DNA of 64,000 nt from Trueperaceae bacterium (GTDB taxonomy: Bacteria; Deinococcota; Deinococci; Deinococcales; Trueperaceae). This document shows, in pieces, positions 39,858-52,961 of the stretch. The stretch's first letter is position 1. Each line of letters starts with the position of its first letter. The stretch lies in NCBI GenBank assembly GCA_965214405.1, contig OZ243956.1, positions 2,944,001 through 3,008,000 of the forward strand. Direction: 5' to 3'. The position numbers were made by a program, and so were the translations under genes. The notes below the pieces were generated by a model, which saw nothing but the letters and a program-made list of their open reading frames with translations, made no database searches and had not been told where the DNA came from.

Positions 39858-40701
39858 CCAATCAGTCGGTTTTTTGGCGTACGCTCTCGAGAGTCGCCAC
39901 TTACGCGGTCTTCGTCTTTGTGTTTTTGCTCGTCGCGTATCCGCTCTTCTGGATGTTCTCGACCTCACTGCGCGAGCAGTGGCAAATCTTCGACCAACCC
40001 TTCGCGCTGCCCGAGAGCCTCAACTTTTCCAACTACGTCAGGGCGTGGACGCAGGGCAACTTCAGCCGTTACTTCCTGAACAGCGTCCTCGTGACGCTCC
40101 CTTCGGTCGTCGGCGTCGTGTTCGTCTCGGCGTTGGCGGGCTACGCGTTCGCGAGGCTCGAGTTTCGCGGCAAACGCGCCCTGCTCCTCTTCTTCCTCGT
40201 CGGCATCATGGTGCCGCCGCAAGCCGTCGTCATCCCCGCCTTTCTGATCGTCTCGGAGTTGGGGCTGCTCAATACCTATTGGAGCCTCATCTTCACATCT
40301 TCACCTATCTGAGTTGGTGTCCGGTCGGCATTTTTATCCTGACGACGTTTTTTCGCTCGCTCCCAGTGAGCATCGAAGACGCCGCCAAGGTGGACGGCGC
40401 GACGACGTTCGACATCTTTTGGCGCATTGCGCTACCGCTCGCCAAACCCGCGCTGGCAACGGTGGCGATTTTCTACTTCGTGTGGGTCTGGAACGACTTT
40501 CTCTACCCGCTGCTCTACTTGCAAGAGGAAACGATGAGCACGATTCCGGTGGGGTTGTTGCAGTTCAACGGGCGCTACCGTGTGGATTGGGGGATGCAGA
40601 ACGCGGCGCTCTCCATCGCGGTGCTCGTGCCGCTGGTTTTCTACATGGTGTTTCAGGACAAGTTCGTCAAAGGGCTCACGGCGGGGGCGGTGAAGGGGTG
40701 A
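39854..40701 (+). pseudogene. Sugar ABC permease frameshifted by an 8-bp duplication
   Basis: CATCTTCA x2 at 40288-40303; removing one copy restores LIFTYLSWCPVG...SIEDAAKVDGA. Confidence 0.85.
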
Positions 40702-40855
40702 GGCGTGGGAGGTCTCGAGAGGGTTGCACATCAAGTCTACAAGGGCGATTAGCTGTTAGCTCAACCTTTGCTAATGGCTAAGAGCTAATGGCCAACAGCT
40801 TCTTAAACATTTCGTCAGAAACCCACACCTCACACTCGCTACTTGAGGAGACACC

Positions 40856-41634
40856 ATGACCCGCACCTACGTCACGCGCAAAGAATACGACGCTTGGATC
40901 GCCGAATGCGCCGCGCTCGCGGTGGCGTGCGGCTATCCGGTGCAAGAGAGCATGATCAACGACAACACGGGGCTCATCTTGGGCGAGAGTCAGAACGCCG
41001 CGTTCGAGAACGGGATGTGGTCGCGCGAGCCCTTCGAACTCTTCGCCATCTTCGAAGCGGTGAACGAGCCTGCGGTGACGGGCTTGCCTAAGGGGGGGCT
41101 CGAGTACGCCGAGTACGGTGGGCTCTGCGACAAGCTCCTCATCGTGCATCCCGGTAAGTTCTGCTCGCCGCACCTGCACCTGCGCAAGACCGAATACTAC
41201 GAGGTTGTCTTAGGCGAGATGGATTTGTTTTATGCGCAGAGATCAGCGAGGACGAAGCGCTCGGCATCGTTCCAGACCAACTTATGACACCTAAGAAGGT
41301 TAAAGCGGGACAAGCCTGGCCTGATGACATCGTTTTACCCGAGGAGCGCGAGCACACCTACGAGAAGCTCACGCAGTACAAGAGGTTGAAAAAAGGCGAT
41401 CCCAAATTTATTATGCACCGCAAGCACCTGCACGCCTTCGGCTGTCCGAAAGACGCCCGCACGCCCGTCGTGATCCGGGAGAACTCGACGTACAGTCACG
41501 AGCCCACTGAGACGGGTAAGGAAGCGCTTTTTGAGGTGTGGCGCGAGATCAACGACAACGCTTTTTTATTCCCCGAAGCGAACGCGGGCAGGCTGAAGAA
41601 CAATATTCGGGAGGGTGAAGTGCTGAGTCCTTGA
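40856..41634 (+). pseudogene. D-lyxose/D-mannose isomerase-like cupin, frameshifted
   Basis: CDKLL.V.PG..C.PHLH..KTE motif; frame change near 41237 continues EISEDEALG...HAF.....ENST. Confidence 0.7.
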
Positions 41635-41784
41635 AAAGAGTTTTTGGAGGACGGCAGAACGAAGGGCGATACGGCGCTCGTATCTTTAGAATCTCACCGA
41701 ATAAGCGAAGGGCAACAGCCAACGAACGCACTTTTAACGCAGTCATTGAAGCTGTCGAAACTTCTCAACAAGAACGGAGACACC

Positions 41785-43347
41785 ATGAGACTCGAACTCA
41801 ACTTGGACTTCAAAAAGCACTTCTCCGAGGAGAACTTCTTCTTCGGCGTCGCCAACGCACCCTATCTGTGCGAGGGCGGTTACAACACGCCGGACGGCAT
41901 AAAGAACAGCTACGGCGTCCTGGAGTTGAGCGATACGATTCAGCGTTCAGGTGACGCGATCCGTTTCTGGACGAACTACGAGGAGCAGATTAAACTCGCG
42001 GCGTCGCTCGGGCTCAACGCCTTTCGTATGGGGATAGATTGGTCGCGGATTCAGCCGTCATCCTCCTTGGAACCCCATGAGCCGCCCCCCTGGGACGAAG
42101 CGGCGCTGGACCACTACGCCGACATCATCGCCACGATCATCGCGCACGACATGCAGCCCATCATCACCTTGCATCACTTCACCCACCCCGGCTGGTTGCC
42201 TCTGGACATGTGGCTCAGCGACGAGGGTCCTGACCTCTTGGTGGACTACGAGGTGCGCGTCGTGCAGGAGATCAACACCCGCTTGGCGCGGCGCGGCTCT
42301 GAGCTGATGCGTCACTTCTTAATCTACAACGAGCCCAACCTCATCCCGCTCCTCTATCACTACGCGGGCTTATTTCCGATCGAGCGGCAGGGCGAGGACT
42401 ACCTCTTGCCCGCCTACGACACGATGCTCTCGCACTACATCAGGGCGTATGACGGCGTCTACGACGCCTTCGAGCAGCGCGGCTGGGGCGAGCCGCACGT
42501 CGGCTTCACCATCGCCAACTTGTGCGCCTACGAAATGGACAAGCAGCTCGACGACCTGGTGCGCCTGCGCAGTTGGGGCGTGTCGCGCGAGGACGCGCCC
42601 GCGAAGATTGCCGCGTGCCGCGCGGCGTGGCGAGGGCGCATGGACGACCTCGGTATGTCACAGCTTACCGGCGAGCAGTACGGGCGCTACGAAGCGATGA
42701 TCGCCATGACCGCCGAGCGCCTCGCGCCGGAGAAGTTCGTCAAGACCTTAGACGCCCTCTACGCCTCGCCCCGCACCAAAAAGCTCGACTACCTCTCCGT
42801 GAACGTCTATGACCCCTTCGGCATCCCTCGAGACGGCGACCAGCCGGGCGCGGACACGAAGTGGGACGAGTTCCCGATGGACGGCGACATCTACCGCGCC
42901 TTTATCCTGGCGACGAACGACTTCAATGACGAGGCGTTGCCCGTCTACATGGGCGAGAACTCCTCGGCGAATCTGCAACCTATCGGCGAGCCCGCGCAGC
43001 CTCGCCCCGACGGGTGGACGCGCGAGCGCTATCTCAAGACCTACCTCATGGCGATGATCCGCTGCATGAAGGAGGGCGTGCCCATCAAGGGCTACCTGTA
43101 CTGGTCACTGGTGGACGACTTCGAGTGGCAAGCGGGCTATCCGCCGCGCCTGGGGCTCTACAACTACGACTACGAGAACCATGAAATCCTCCCCACCGAC
43201 GGCTTCGGCGAGCCTTCCGGGGAGATTTACGCGCACCTCGTCGCGGCGCTGAGAAGCGGGGATAAAGGAAGCGTTCAGAAGGCGTTCCGGTTTAGCTTCA
43301 GCCACCAGAAGTCGCGGCTCGAGCCGGAAGAAGCGCTCTCTACATGA
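41785..43347 (+). CDS. Glycoside hydrolase family 1
   Basis: FFFGVANA, FRMGIDWSRIQP, ITLHHF, NEP, GEN and YWSLVDDFEW motifs. Confidence 0.88.
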   Translation: MRLELNLDFKKHFSEENFFFGVANAPYLCEGGYNTPDGIKNSYGVLELSDTIQRSGDAIRFWTNYEEQIKLAASLGLNAFRMGIDWSRIQPSSSLEPHEPPPWDEAALDHYADIIATIIAHDMQPIITLHHFTHPGWLPLDMWLSDEGPDLLVDYEVRVVQEINTRLARRGSELMRHFLIYNEPNLIPLLYHYAGLFPIERQGEDYLLPAYDTMLSHYIRAYDGVYDAFEQRGWGEPHVGFTIANLCAYEMDKQLDDLVRLRSWGVSREDAPAKIAACRAAWRGRMDDLGMSQLTGEQYGRYEAMIAMTAERLAPEKFVKTLDALYASPRTKKLDYLSVNVYDPFGIPRDGDQPGADTKWDEFPMDGDIYRAFILATNDFNDEALPVYMGENSSANLQPIGEPAQPRPDGWTRERYLKTYLMAMIRCMKEGVPIKGYLYWSLVDDFEWQAGYPPRLGLYNYDYENHEILPTDGFGEPSGEIYAHLVAALRSGDKGSVQKAFRFSFSHQKSRLEPEEALST

Positions 43348-43629
43348 GCGTACTGAGCACGCCTTTGCTCCTTCTCCAAGCATCCGCCAGCGCCTCGAAA
43401 GAGCGCAGCAGAGCTTCCCTGACCAAAAGGGCAAAGCTACTCAGGCACCCACAGCGAGACGGGTGTTCCACTGCTTTGTGGGTGTCCAGCTACTCGTTAT
43501 CAACTCCCAGCAACAGCTCGTCCTTAAGGAGCATCGTCAGCGTTTACTCTCGCTTCTTGGACCTCGTTATGTAACTTGTTATGTAACTTTTTATTCCTAA
43601 AAAGCGCGGGGGGGCGTGCGGAATGTCGG

Positions 43630-45408
43630 TTAGGTGGCGGCGAGCGTCAGCACTTGGTCGCCGGGCTCGAGCCGCTCCAGCGCCCGGAAGAGCAGGCGCT
43701 TTTCGCCTCTCGCCACCACCAGCGGCAACTCGTCCGGCGCGTGATGCAAATCTGTAACCGACCCCGCCTCCTCGTCCCCGATGGTGCGGCGCAGGCGCGC
43801 CACCTCGCGCGCCGCGAGCCGCCCGTCCCAGGCGTTGAGGTCGACCGGGGTAACAAAAAGCGTGTGCGCCCCAAGCTCGTCCAAGAGTTTGAAAAGGCCC
43901 CCGTCGCTCTCTTTGGTTAGAAGCGCGTAGAGCTGGGGCACCATAAACCCCTCCCCGGCGCGCTGCGCGCTCAGCACGTTGACCTCGGCGTTGGGCGTAA
44001 GCGCGACGAAGGTGCCCGCCTCGCTCAAGCCCGCGCGCTCCAACACCTCGTCCTCCAAGGCGTCGCCGTGGACGGCCTCCAGTCCCATCGCCCGCGCCGC
44101 CTCGCAGTGCTCCCTGTTCGAGTCTAGGAGCGTGACGCGCCCGCTCTGTGAAAGTTCTTGGGCGAGCACGCGCGCGACCGGACCCGCGCCGACGATGACC
44201 ACCGCGTCGCGCCCGCCGGTCGAGCGCACCAATTCGCCGCGCCGCCTCAGCCAGTCCACGCCCCACTTAAGCAGCAGCGGCACCGTCGCGGTGGTGGCGA
44301 TGGCGGTAAAAACGAGGATGGAAAATATCGTCGCGTCGATGATGCCCGCCTGGAGTCCGATGCCCGCGATGATGATCTCGACCGCCCCGCGCCCGTTCAT
44401 GCCCGCGCCGATGACCAGCCCCTCGCGCCACCCGTGGCCTGTGGGCAGGTAGAAGAGCGCCGTGCCGACGATTTTGCCCACGGTTGCTAGGATGATCACG
44501 GTGAGCAGGAGCGCCAGGTCGGTCTGGAACACGCCGAACGACACCTCGAAGCCCGCGGTCACGAAAAACACGGGGGCCAAAAAGCCTATCGAGACGTCGC
44601 GGACCATCGTGGTGAGTTCGTGCGAGAGCCGGTGCTCGGAAATCGCCTCGCGCAAAAAGAGCCCCGCGAGAAACGCGCCCAAAATGCCGTGCAGGCCCGC
44701 TAGGTGCGCCATCTCGGCGAAAAGGAGCGCGGTGAGGAGCACCAGCGTGGCGCTAAAGGCGCGGTTGGTGAGCCCGCGGCGTCTTAAAAAACGCCACAGG
44801 CGCGGGTAGAGCACGAGGCCGACGAGCCAGGAGGCGGCGAAAAAAAGTACGACTTTGCCCGCGACGCCCAGCATGGGGACGAGCTCGAGCGCCCCCAAAC
44901 TCGCAAAACTCATGATGCCCGCGAAGATAATGAGCGACAAACTGTCGGTAATAAGCGCGCCCGCCATCATGACGTGCGCCATCCGGGTGTCGAGAATTTT
45001 CAAGTCCACCAGGATGCGCGACTTCGTCGCCAGCGAGGTGACGCCCATCGCCATGCCCACGAACACGCCCGCCACGGGCGTGCCGCCAAAGCCGAGCACG
45101 ACGAAGTAGCCCAGCGTGAAGGGCAGGATAAAACCGCCCACGGCCGCCAGAAAGCCGCCCCACGAGGCCTTGCCGAGCTCTTTGGGGTCGATCTCCATAC
45201 CGATATAGAGCATCATGAGCAAAACGCCGAGTTCGGCCAAGACGCCCAGCGCTTCGCCCCCGTAAAGAAGCCCCAGCAGCGGCGGGCCGAGCAAGATGCC
45301 CACCAAAATCTCGCCCAACACGGACGGGTAGCCGAGGCGAATAGCGAGCCGACCGCCCAAAAAGGCGGCCAGCAACACCAGCAAAAGGTTGAGGATGCTG
45401 AAATCCAT
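43630..45408 (-). CDS. CPA2 cation:proton antiporter with TrkA-N domain
   Basis: GEILVGILLGP, GAFLAG, PVFFV and RGAVE motifs; IVGAG...HGDAL. Confidence 0.9.
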   Translation of the reverse strand: MDFSILNLLLVLLAAFLGGRLAIRLGYPSVLGEILVGILLGPPLLGLLYGGEALGVLAELGVLLMMLYIGMEIDPKELGKASWGGFLAAVGGFILPFTLGYFVVLGFGGTPVAGVFVGMAMGVTSLATKSRILVDLKILDTRMAHVMMAGALITDSLSLIIFAGIMSFASLGALELVPMLGVAGKVVLFFAASWLVGLVLYPRLWRFLRRRGLTNRAFSATLVLLTALLFAEMAHLAGLHGILGAFLAGLFLREAISEHRLSHELTTMVRDVSIGFLAPVFFVTAGFEVSFGVFQTDLALLLTVIILATVGKIVGTALFYLPTGHGWREGLVIGAGMNGRGAVEIIIAGIGLQAGIIDATIFSILVFTAIATTATVPLLLKWGVDWLRRRGELVRSTGGRDAVVIVGAGPVARVLAQELSQSGRVTLLDSNREHCEAARAMGLEAVHGDALEDEVLERAGLSEAGTFVALTPNAEVNVLSAQRAGEGFMVPQLYALLTKESDGGLFKLLDELGAHTLFVTPVDLNAWDGRLAAREVARLRRTIGDEEAGSVTDLHHAPDELPLVVARGEKRLLFRALERLEPGDQVLTLAAT

Positions 45409-46402
45409 CAGCTCATCCGTCTGCCGTTGCCCCTAACGTCGCCGGGCTCATCTTTGGCGACAGGAATGAGAGTTAGCAAACGGCCCAGTAGAAATACGCC
45501 GAGAGCGACCTCGGCAAAAAATAGGCCCAGCTTCCATAAGGAAAGGTCAGTCATGGCAGGCTCGAACGGGGTCATAAGAGTCTCCTTTCGGGAGGGAACG
45601 CGTATCCTTAAATGGTGTCTACGCATCCGAAGCTTGGTGAAGTCTCAGAAGGTCGTATTTTCATCTAACGGATGGATTTGTCATCTAGCGGACGGACTTG
45701 GAAGTTCCTACGCTCTGGTGAGAAGCGTGCTACGCCTCGCCGCGCGGGCCGTTTCAGTATGCTTTCTCATTACCAACCTCCGGCTGAAAAACATCATGAC
45801 GTATGATAGAACATGGGTAAAGCAGCTAGTTTACGACGACTCGTTTACAATGGTTTGTAAATACAACGGTTTGTGGGGTGGTTTAAGTAAAGCTTACTGC
45901 GCGCTTAAAAGTGCGCGGCAGGATCTCGGAATTCCTCGTCGGGATGCCAGTCGCTACCGCTCGGGCATCTGCCAACGGGAATGAGTAAGGTTGTAAGACC
46001 CTGTAACATCATAGGAATAAGATACTCGAGCCGCCTCTCCGAATGGGTAAGCCAACCGGTAGATTCTTCGGGCGGAATTTGCTATCGTAGGGACTTTAAG
46101 AGAGCAGCAGCAGGTGTGAAAGGTAAGAACTTAGTTTAGAATTTATCACGGAAAAACTCAGTCGTCCAGCAACCCCTCACGGCCTTACAAAATTTGCTAC
46201 TTTCGAGGTGTAAACGTTGGTTGGGGAGTAGCCACTCTGGATTAAGGGGGGCACGTCGTCACTACAAAGTTCGGCTAGACTAGAGTCTATGTGGGCTTTC
46301 GGCGTGTCCGTCGCGCAAGCGATAGGCGAGACCACCACGGCATGGATGCTGTGGTGGTCTCGCCCTTTTAACGCCCTCCACAGCACCGGAAACGAGGTTG
46401 AG

Positions 46403-47563
46403 ATGAAATCGGTCAGATTTACGCGCATGATGGGGATAGACGTCAGACTCCATCCGTCGTTCTTTTTGTTGGCAGGCTTGGGCGCTATTTACGCCCTCCA
46501 GGGCGGGCTCGGCGCCGCTTTAGACGGCGTCACCTTTCTGGTCTTACTTTTGGGCTGCGTGCTGCTGCACGAGCTGGGTCACGCGTGGGCGGCGGAGCGC
46601 TACGGCGCCAAGACGAAAGACATCATTTTGTTACCCACCGGCGGGGTGGCGCGCCCTGAAAAGATGCCGACAGAGCCTAAGCAAGAACTCGTGGTGGCGC
46701 TCGCGGGTCCTGCGGTCAACGCGGTCATCGCTGCTTTAGTCGCCGCCGCGCTGCTCGGGGCGAACCTCGGCGCGGGCCTTGACCTCGCGGCGCTCGCGGG
46801 CGCGGGAGGGCTGACGGGCTTGGCCGTCCAACTGCTCACGGTCAACGTGCTGTTGGTGATAGTCAACCTCCTGCCCGCCTTCCCGATGGACGGCGGACGC
46901 GTTTTGCGGGCGCTCCTCGCCACGCGACTGCCTTACGCACGCGCCACCGACGTCGCCGTTCGCACGGGGAGAGGTGTGGCGGTGCTCATGGTCGTGTTCA
47001 TGGCGGTGTACGGCCTCTTTTACAACCCTCTACTCATGCTCGTGGCCGCGTTCGTCCTTCTGAGCGCGGGGCAAGCGAACGCGTACACCAGAATAAGGGC
47101 GGGCTCGAGCCGCCTGCCCGTTTCCGCGGTGATGCTTACAGACGTGGCGAGCGTATCGCCGCATGACTCTTTGCTAGGTGCCGCCGACACGCTCGCCCGC
47201 ACCGCGCAGCCCGCCTTTCCCGTGCTGACGCCCGCGGGCGTCGAGGGCGTGCTCACCAAGGAGGCCTTGCTGCTCGGGCTAAAAACGCGCGGCGCGACTA
47301 CCGCGGTGCGCGACGCCATGCACACGTCTCTGCCGACGGTGCGGCTCGAGACGCCCTTCGACGAGGCGTTCGAGAGGATGCAAGAGCACGGCCTGACCGC
47401 CTTGCCCGTCACGGACGGGCTGGACCGGCTCATGGGCATGGTCACGCTCGAGAAGGTGCGCGAGCGGCTGAGGGTGCAAGGGGCGCTCGAGCGGGGGCGC
47501 CGCGGGCCGCGCGCCGCGCGACCTCGCGTGGGACGGTCGCCGCGTTCGCCGGGAACGGCCTAG
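46403..47563 (+). CDS. Site-2 protease (M50) with CBS domains
   Basis: HELGH, AGPAVN and NLLPAFPMDGGR motifs; C-terminal CBS pair. Confidence 0.92.
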   Translation: MKSVRFTRMMGIDVRLHPSFFLLAGLGAIYALQGGLGAALDGVTFLVLLLGCVLLHELGHAWAAERYGAKTKDIILLPTGGVARPEKMPTEPKQELVVALAGPAVNAVIAALVAAALLGANLGAGLDLAALAGAGGLTGLAVQLLTVNVLLVIVNLLPAFPMDGGRVLRALLATRLPYARATDVAVRTGRGVAVLMVVFMAVYGLFYNPLLMLVAAFVLLSAGQANAYTRIRAGSSRLPVSAVMLTDVASVSPHDSLLGAADTLARTAQPAFPVLTPAGVEGVLTKEALLLGLKTRGATTAVRDAMHTSLPTVRLETPFDEAFERMQEHGLTALPVTDGLDRLMGMVTLEKVRERLRVQGALERGRRGPRAARPRVGRSPRSPGTA

Positions 47564-50104
47564 ATGCTCCAGGCGGTGCTGGCAAGTTTTGGCGTAGCGC
47601 TCCTCTCACCGTGGCTGGTGCGCGTTTTCAAGGGGCGGAGCGGCTGGCTCCTGGCGCTCTTGCCCCTTGCGCTCACGGTCTACTTCGGGAGGCTGGCGCC
47701 GGGGGTGTCGGAGGGCTCGAGCGTGACCCAGAGCTTCCCCTGGCTCCCCGCGCTCGGCGTCGAGCTTTCTTTCTATCTGGACGGCCTGAGCTTACTCTTC
47801 GCGCTACTCATCTCCTTTATCGGCGTCTTCATCGTCGTGTATGCGGGCGGCTACCTCCGGGACGACCCCAACCTGGGGCGCTTTTATCTAGCGCTGCTCG
47901 CCTTTATGGCGGCGATGCTCGGGCTCGTGCTATCGGACAACCTCATCACCCTGTTCGTGTTCTGGGAGCTCACCAGCCTCACCTCGTTCTTTTTGGTCGG
48001 CTATAAACACCAATATGAGGAATCGCGTAAGTCGGCGTTGCAGGCGCTGCTGGTCACGGGGTTGGGCGGTCTGGCGATGCTGGCGGGGTTTTTGCTGCTC
48101 GGCTCGGTGGCGGGAACGTATACCATCAGCGAACTTTTGACTCAATCAGGGGCTATCCAGGGTCATGCGCTCTACCTGCCGACGCTGCTTCTGGTGCTGC
48201 TCGGCGCGTTCACTAAGTCGGCGCAGTTCCCCTTTCACTTCTGGCTGCCCAACGCGATGGCCGCGCCCACGCCCGTGTCGGCTTATCTGCACTCCGCGAC
48301 GATGGTCAAGGCGGGGATTTACCTTCTCGCGCGGCTCTCGCCCACCCTGGGCGGCACGGCGGCGTGGCTGTGGCTGCTGGGCGCGGCGGGGCTGCTTACC
48401 GTGCTCACGGCGGGGGTGCTGGCGCTCAAACAGCGCGACCTCAAGAAGCTGCTCGCCTATTCGACGCTGGTGGCGCTGGGCCTGTTGACGATGCTTTTGG
48501 CCGTCGGCACGCCCGCGGCGGTCAAGGCGGCGATGGTCTTTTTACTCGCGCACTCGCTCTACAAGGCGAGTCTCTTTATGGTGGCGGGCACGGTTGACCA
48601 CCAGGCGGGCACGCGCGACGTGACGGAGCTTTCGGGCCTCGCGCGCGTGATGCCCCTTACCTTTGTGGCGGCGCTCTTCGCGGCGTTTTCGACCGCGGGT
48701 TTGCCGCCCAAGCTGGGCTTTATCGGCAAAGAGCTCGCCTACGAGGGGCTGCTCGGCGCGCCCGCGCTGCTCGTCGCCGCGGTTTTGAGCAACGCCACGA
48801 TGTTTGTCGTCGCGGCGCTCGTGGCGCTCAAACCCTTTGTCGGGCGCAGCCTGCGAGCGCCCCAGGCGGTGCGGGGCGCGCCGCTTAGCTTGTGGCTCGG
48901 CCCTTTCGTGTTGGCGGGGCTGGGTCTGGTGTTCGGCCTTTTCCCCGAGCTTATCGAGCTGACCAAGCTGCCCGCGGTGGCGGCGGTATTGGCCGCGCCC
49001 TACGAGTTCAGTTTGTACCTGTTCCCCTCGAGCTTTACCCCCGCGCTGATTTTGAGCATCGTGACGGTGGCGCTGGGCCTCGTGCTCCTCGCGCTGTGGT
49101 CGCCCATCTACCGGGGCTTGTCGCGTTTGAAGGGCTTCGACTGGGGTCCGGCGAGAGGGTACGACCTCTCGCTCAAAGGCTTAATCTGGCTCGCGGAGAC
49201 GCAAACCCGGCTCGTCCAGGGCGATAACCTGCGCCGTCACTTGGCCGTCATCCTCGGTTTTACCGTGGCATTGGTCGGGGCGACCGCCGTTTTTCGGGGG
49301 GGCCTAAACATAGAGTTGAGGCTCGAGACCGGTTACTTTTACGAGTATGTGTTGGCTGGCCTCGTCGTCGCGGCGGCCTTGGCGGCGACCCTCGCGCGCA
49401 CGCGTTTGGCGGCGGTGACCGCGCTCGGCGTGGTGGGTTTCGGCGTCGCGCTGCTCTTCGTGGTTTTCGCCGCGCCCGACCTCGCCATCACCCAGTTCTT
49501 GGTCGAGACGCTGCTCGTTATCATCGTGGTGCTGGTCACCCTGCGCTTGCCCGAGTGGCGGCGTGAGGAGGGCTCGAGCCGCCCCACCCGCCTCCGCGAC
49601 GGTTTTATCGCCCTAGCGGGCGGAGGGCTGGTGACGGTCTTGCTACTCAGCGTAACGAGCCCCCCCTTTAGCGGCGAACTCACCGCCTTTTTTGAGAGCG
49701 AGAGCTGGCCGTCCGCTTTTGGGCGCAACATCGTCAACGTCATCTTGGTTGACTTCCGCGCGCTCGACACGCTGGGCGAAATCACCGTGCTGGCGGTGGC
49801 GGCGCTCGGCGTGTTCGCGCTGCTGCGGACGCGTGTAAATCCGCGCGCGGAAGTTTCATCGAACACGTCCACAGACACTTCGCCGGGCACCTCGCCGGGT
49901 AGCTCAGCAAATTTCCCGGAGTCAAATACGAACATGTCAAACGCGAACACGCCAGATGTGACCATGCCAGATGTAACCACGCCAAATGTGACTATGCCAA
50001 AGACGGACACACCGAGTCCAAACACACCGCATCCGAACGCACCCGTAACAGCAAAACCGGATACGGCAAACATAGCGAATCCAGAACAAAAGGGGACGCC
50101 GTGA
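47564..50104 (+). CDS. mrpA: Na+/H+ antiporter subunit A
   Basis: [55 protein letters not shown]-rich tail. Confidence 0.95.
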   Translation: MLQAVLASFGVALLSPWLVRVFKGRSGWLLALLPLALTVYFGRLAPGVSEGSSVTQSFPWLPALGVELSFYLDGLSLLFALLISFIGVFIVVYAGGYLRDDPNLGRFYLALLAFMAAMLGLVLSDNLITLFVFWELTSLTSFFLVGYKHQYEESRKSALQALLVTGLGGLAMLAGFLLLGSVAGTYTISELLTQSGAIQGHALYLPTLLLVLLGAFTKSAQFPFHFWLPNAMAAPTPVSAYLHSATMVKAGIYLLARLSPTLGGTAAWLWLLGAAGLLTVLTAGVLALKQRDLKKLLAYSTLVALGLLTMLLAVGTPAAVKAAMVFLLAHSLYKASLFMVAGTVDHQAGTRDVTELSGLARVMPLTFVAALFAAFSTAGLPPKLGFIGKELAYEGLLGAPALLVAAVLSNATMFVVAALVALKPFVGRSLRAPQAVRGAPLSLWLGPFVLAGLGLVFGLFPELIELTKLPAVAAVLAAPYEFSLYLFPSSFTPALILSIVTVALGLVLLALWSPIYRGLSRLKGFDWGPARGYDLSLKGLIWLAETQTRLVQGDNLRRHLAVILGFTVALVGATAVFRGGLNIELRLETGYFYEYVLAGLVVAAALAATLARTRLAAVTALGVVGFGVALLFVVFAAPDLAITQFLVETLLVIIVVLVTLRLPEWRREEGSSRPTRLRDGFIALAGGGLVTVLLLSVTSPPFSGELTAFFESESWPSAFGRNIVNVILVDFRALDTLGEITVLAVAALGVFALLRTRVNPRAEVSSNTSTDTSPGTSPGSSANFPESNTNMSNANTPDVTMPDVTTPNVTMPKTDTPSPNTPHPNAPVTAKPDTANIANPEQKGTP

Positions 50105-50502
50105 CCTCCGTCATCTTGCGCACTACCACGCAAGTCCTCACCCCGCTGCTCGCGCTGCTGTCCATTTTCCTGCTCCTGCGCGGGCACAACCTGCCGGGGG
50201 GCGGCTTTATCGGCGGTTTGGTCGCCGCGGCGGCGTTCGCGCTCTACGCCACGGCCTACGGGGTCGCCGCGGCGCGCTACGTGCTGCGCTTCGACCCCTG
50301 GAGCATCATCGGGGTGGGGCTATGTGTCGCGGTGCTGAGCGGTTTGTTGGCTGCGGCGACCGGGCAACCCTTTTTGAGCGGGTTATGGCTCGAGCTTCCG
50401 GGCGGGCTCAAGCTCGGCACGCCGCTGCTTTTTGACGTGGGCGTGTATTTCGTCGTTATCGGCATCGTGCTGATGATGGTGTTCGCGCTCGAGGAGGCCT
50501 GA
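50101..50502 (+). CDS. mrpB: Na+/H+ antiporter subunit B
   Basis: [14 protein letters not shown] and FDVGVY motifs. Confidence 0.93.
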   Translation: MTSVILRTTTQVLTPLLALLSIFLLLRGHNLPGGGFIGGLVAAAAFALYATAYGVAAARYVLRFDPWSIIGVGLCVAVLSGLLAAATGQPFLSGLWLELPGGLKLGTPLLFDVGVYFVVIGIVLMMVFALEEA

Positions 50503-50921
50503 ATGGAGCCGGTTTTGGCCTTTATCGTGGGCGCGCTTTTCGCCTGTGGTATTTATCTCATGCTGCGCCGCAACCTGCTGCGCTTCATCTTCGGCTTAAT
50601 TTTGATGAGCAACGGCGCGAACCTGCTCATTTTCACCGCCGGGCGGCTCACGCGGGGAAGCCCGCCGCTCATCCCCGCCGAGGCGGACCTCCCCGTTGGC
50701 GAGGTCGCCAACGCGCTGCCGCAGGCGCTCGTCCTGACGGCCATCGTCATCGGCTTCGGGCTCGTTTCGTTCGCGCTGGTGCTGCTCCTGCGCGCCCATC
50801 AGGGGCTCGGCACGCTCGACACCGACGTGATGGCGCAGGCGTCACAGGTGTCAGATGAAGCCCCCGCGGCGACCGGGCCTGCGTCTCAGGCTTCTCGAGC
50901 GCGCGAAAAAGAGGTGACGGC

Positions 50922-50925
<4 letters not shown>
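50503..50925 (+). CDS. mrpC: Na+/H+ antiporter subunit C
   Basis: PQALVLTAIVIGF. Confidence 0.93.
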
Positions 50926-52424
<1,499 letters not shown>

Positions 52425-52487
52425 ACATGGTTATGAGAAGAGACGACGGGAAGAAAGGTCGTTTGACGCAAAAAATGAAAGGAACCC

Positions 52488-52961
52488 ATGAACCTTTTTC
52501 TGCTTAACGTCCTCTTGGCGCTCCTCTGGGCGGCGGTCACCGGCACGCTCACGCTCGCCAGCCTCCTGACCGGGTTTGTCGTCGGGGTGCTCGTGCTGGC
52601 GCTCGTGGGCCGCGCGCTGGGCGGCGCGCGCTACACCTCGCGGCTCGTTCGCGGCGTCGCGCTGGCGCTGTTTTTCCTGTGGGAACTGTTCGCCTCGAGC
52701 CTGCGCGTCGCCTGGGACGTGCTCACCCCGCGGCACGGGATGCGCCCCGCCGTCGTCGCCGTGCCGCTCGACGTGACCACTGACGCCGAGGTTACGCTCC
52801 TCGCCAACCTTATCTCGCTCACGCCGGGCACGCTCAGCCTGGACTTGTCCGACGACAAAAGGACACTCTTCGTCCATGCCATGTACGTGGACGACCCCGA
52901 GGCGCTCAAAAGGAGCATCAAGCGCGACTTTGAGGGCCGCGTCATGGGGATTCTGTCGTGA
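52488..52961 (+). CDS. mrpE: Na+/H+ antiporter subunit E
   Basis: LANLISLTPGTL, L.VH. Confidence 0.92.
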   Translation: MNLFLLNVLLALLWAAVTGTLTLASLLTGFVVGVLVLALVGRALGGARYTSRLVRGVALALFFLWELFASSLRVAWDVLTPRHGMRPAVVAVPLDVTTDAEVTLLANLISLTPGTLSLDLSDDKRTLFVHAMYVDDPEALKRSIKRDFEGRVMGILS

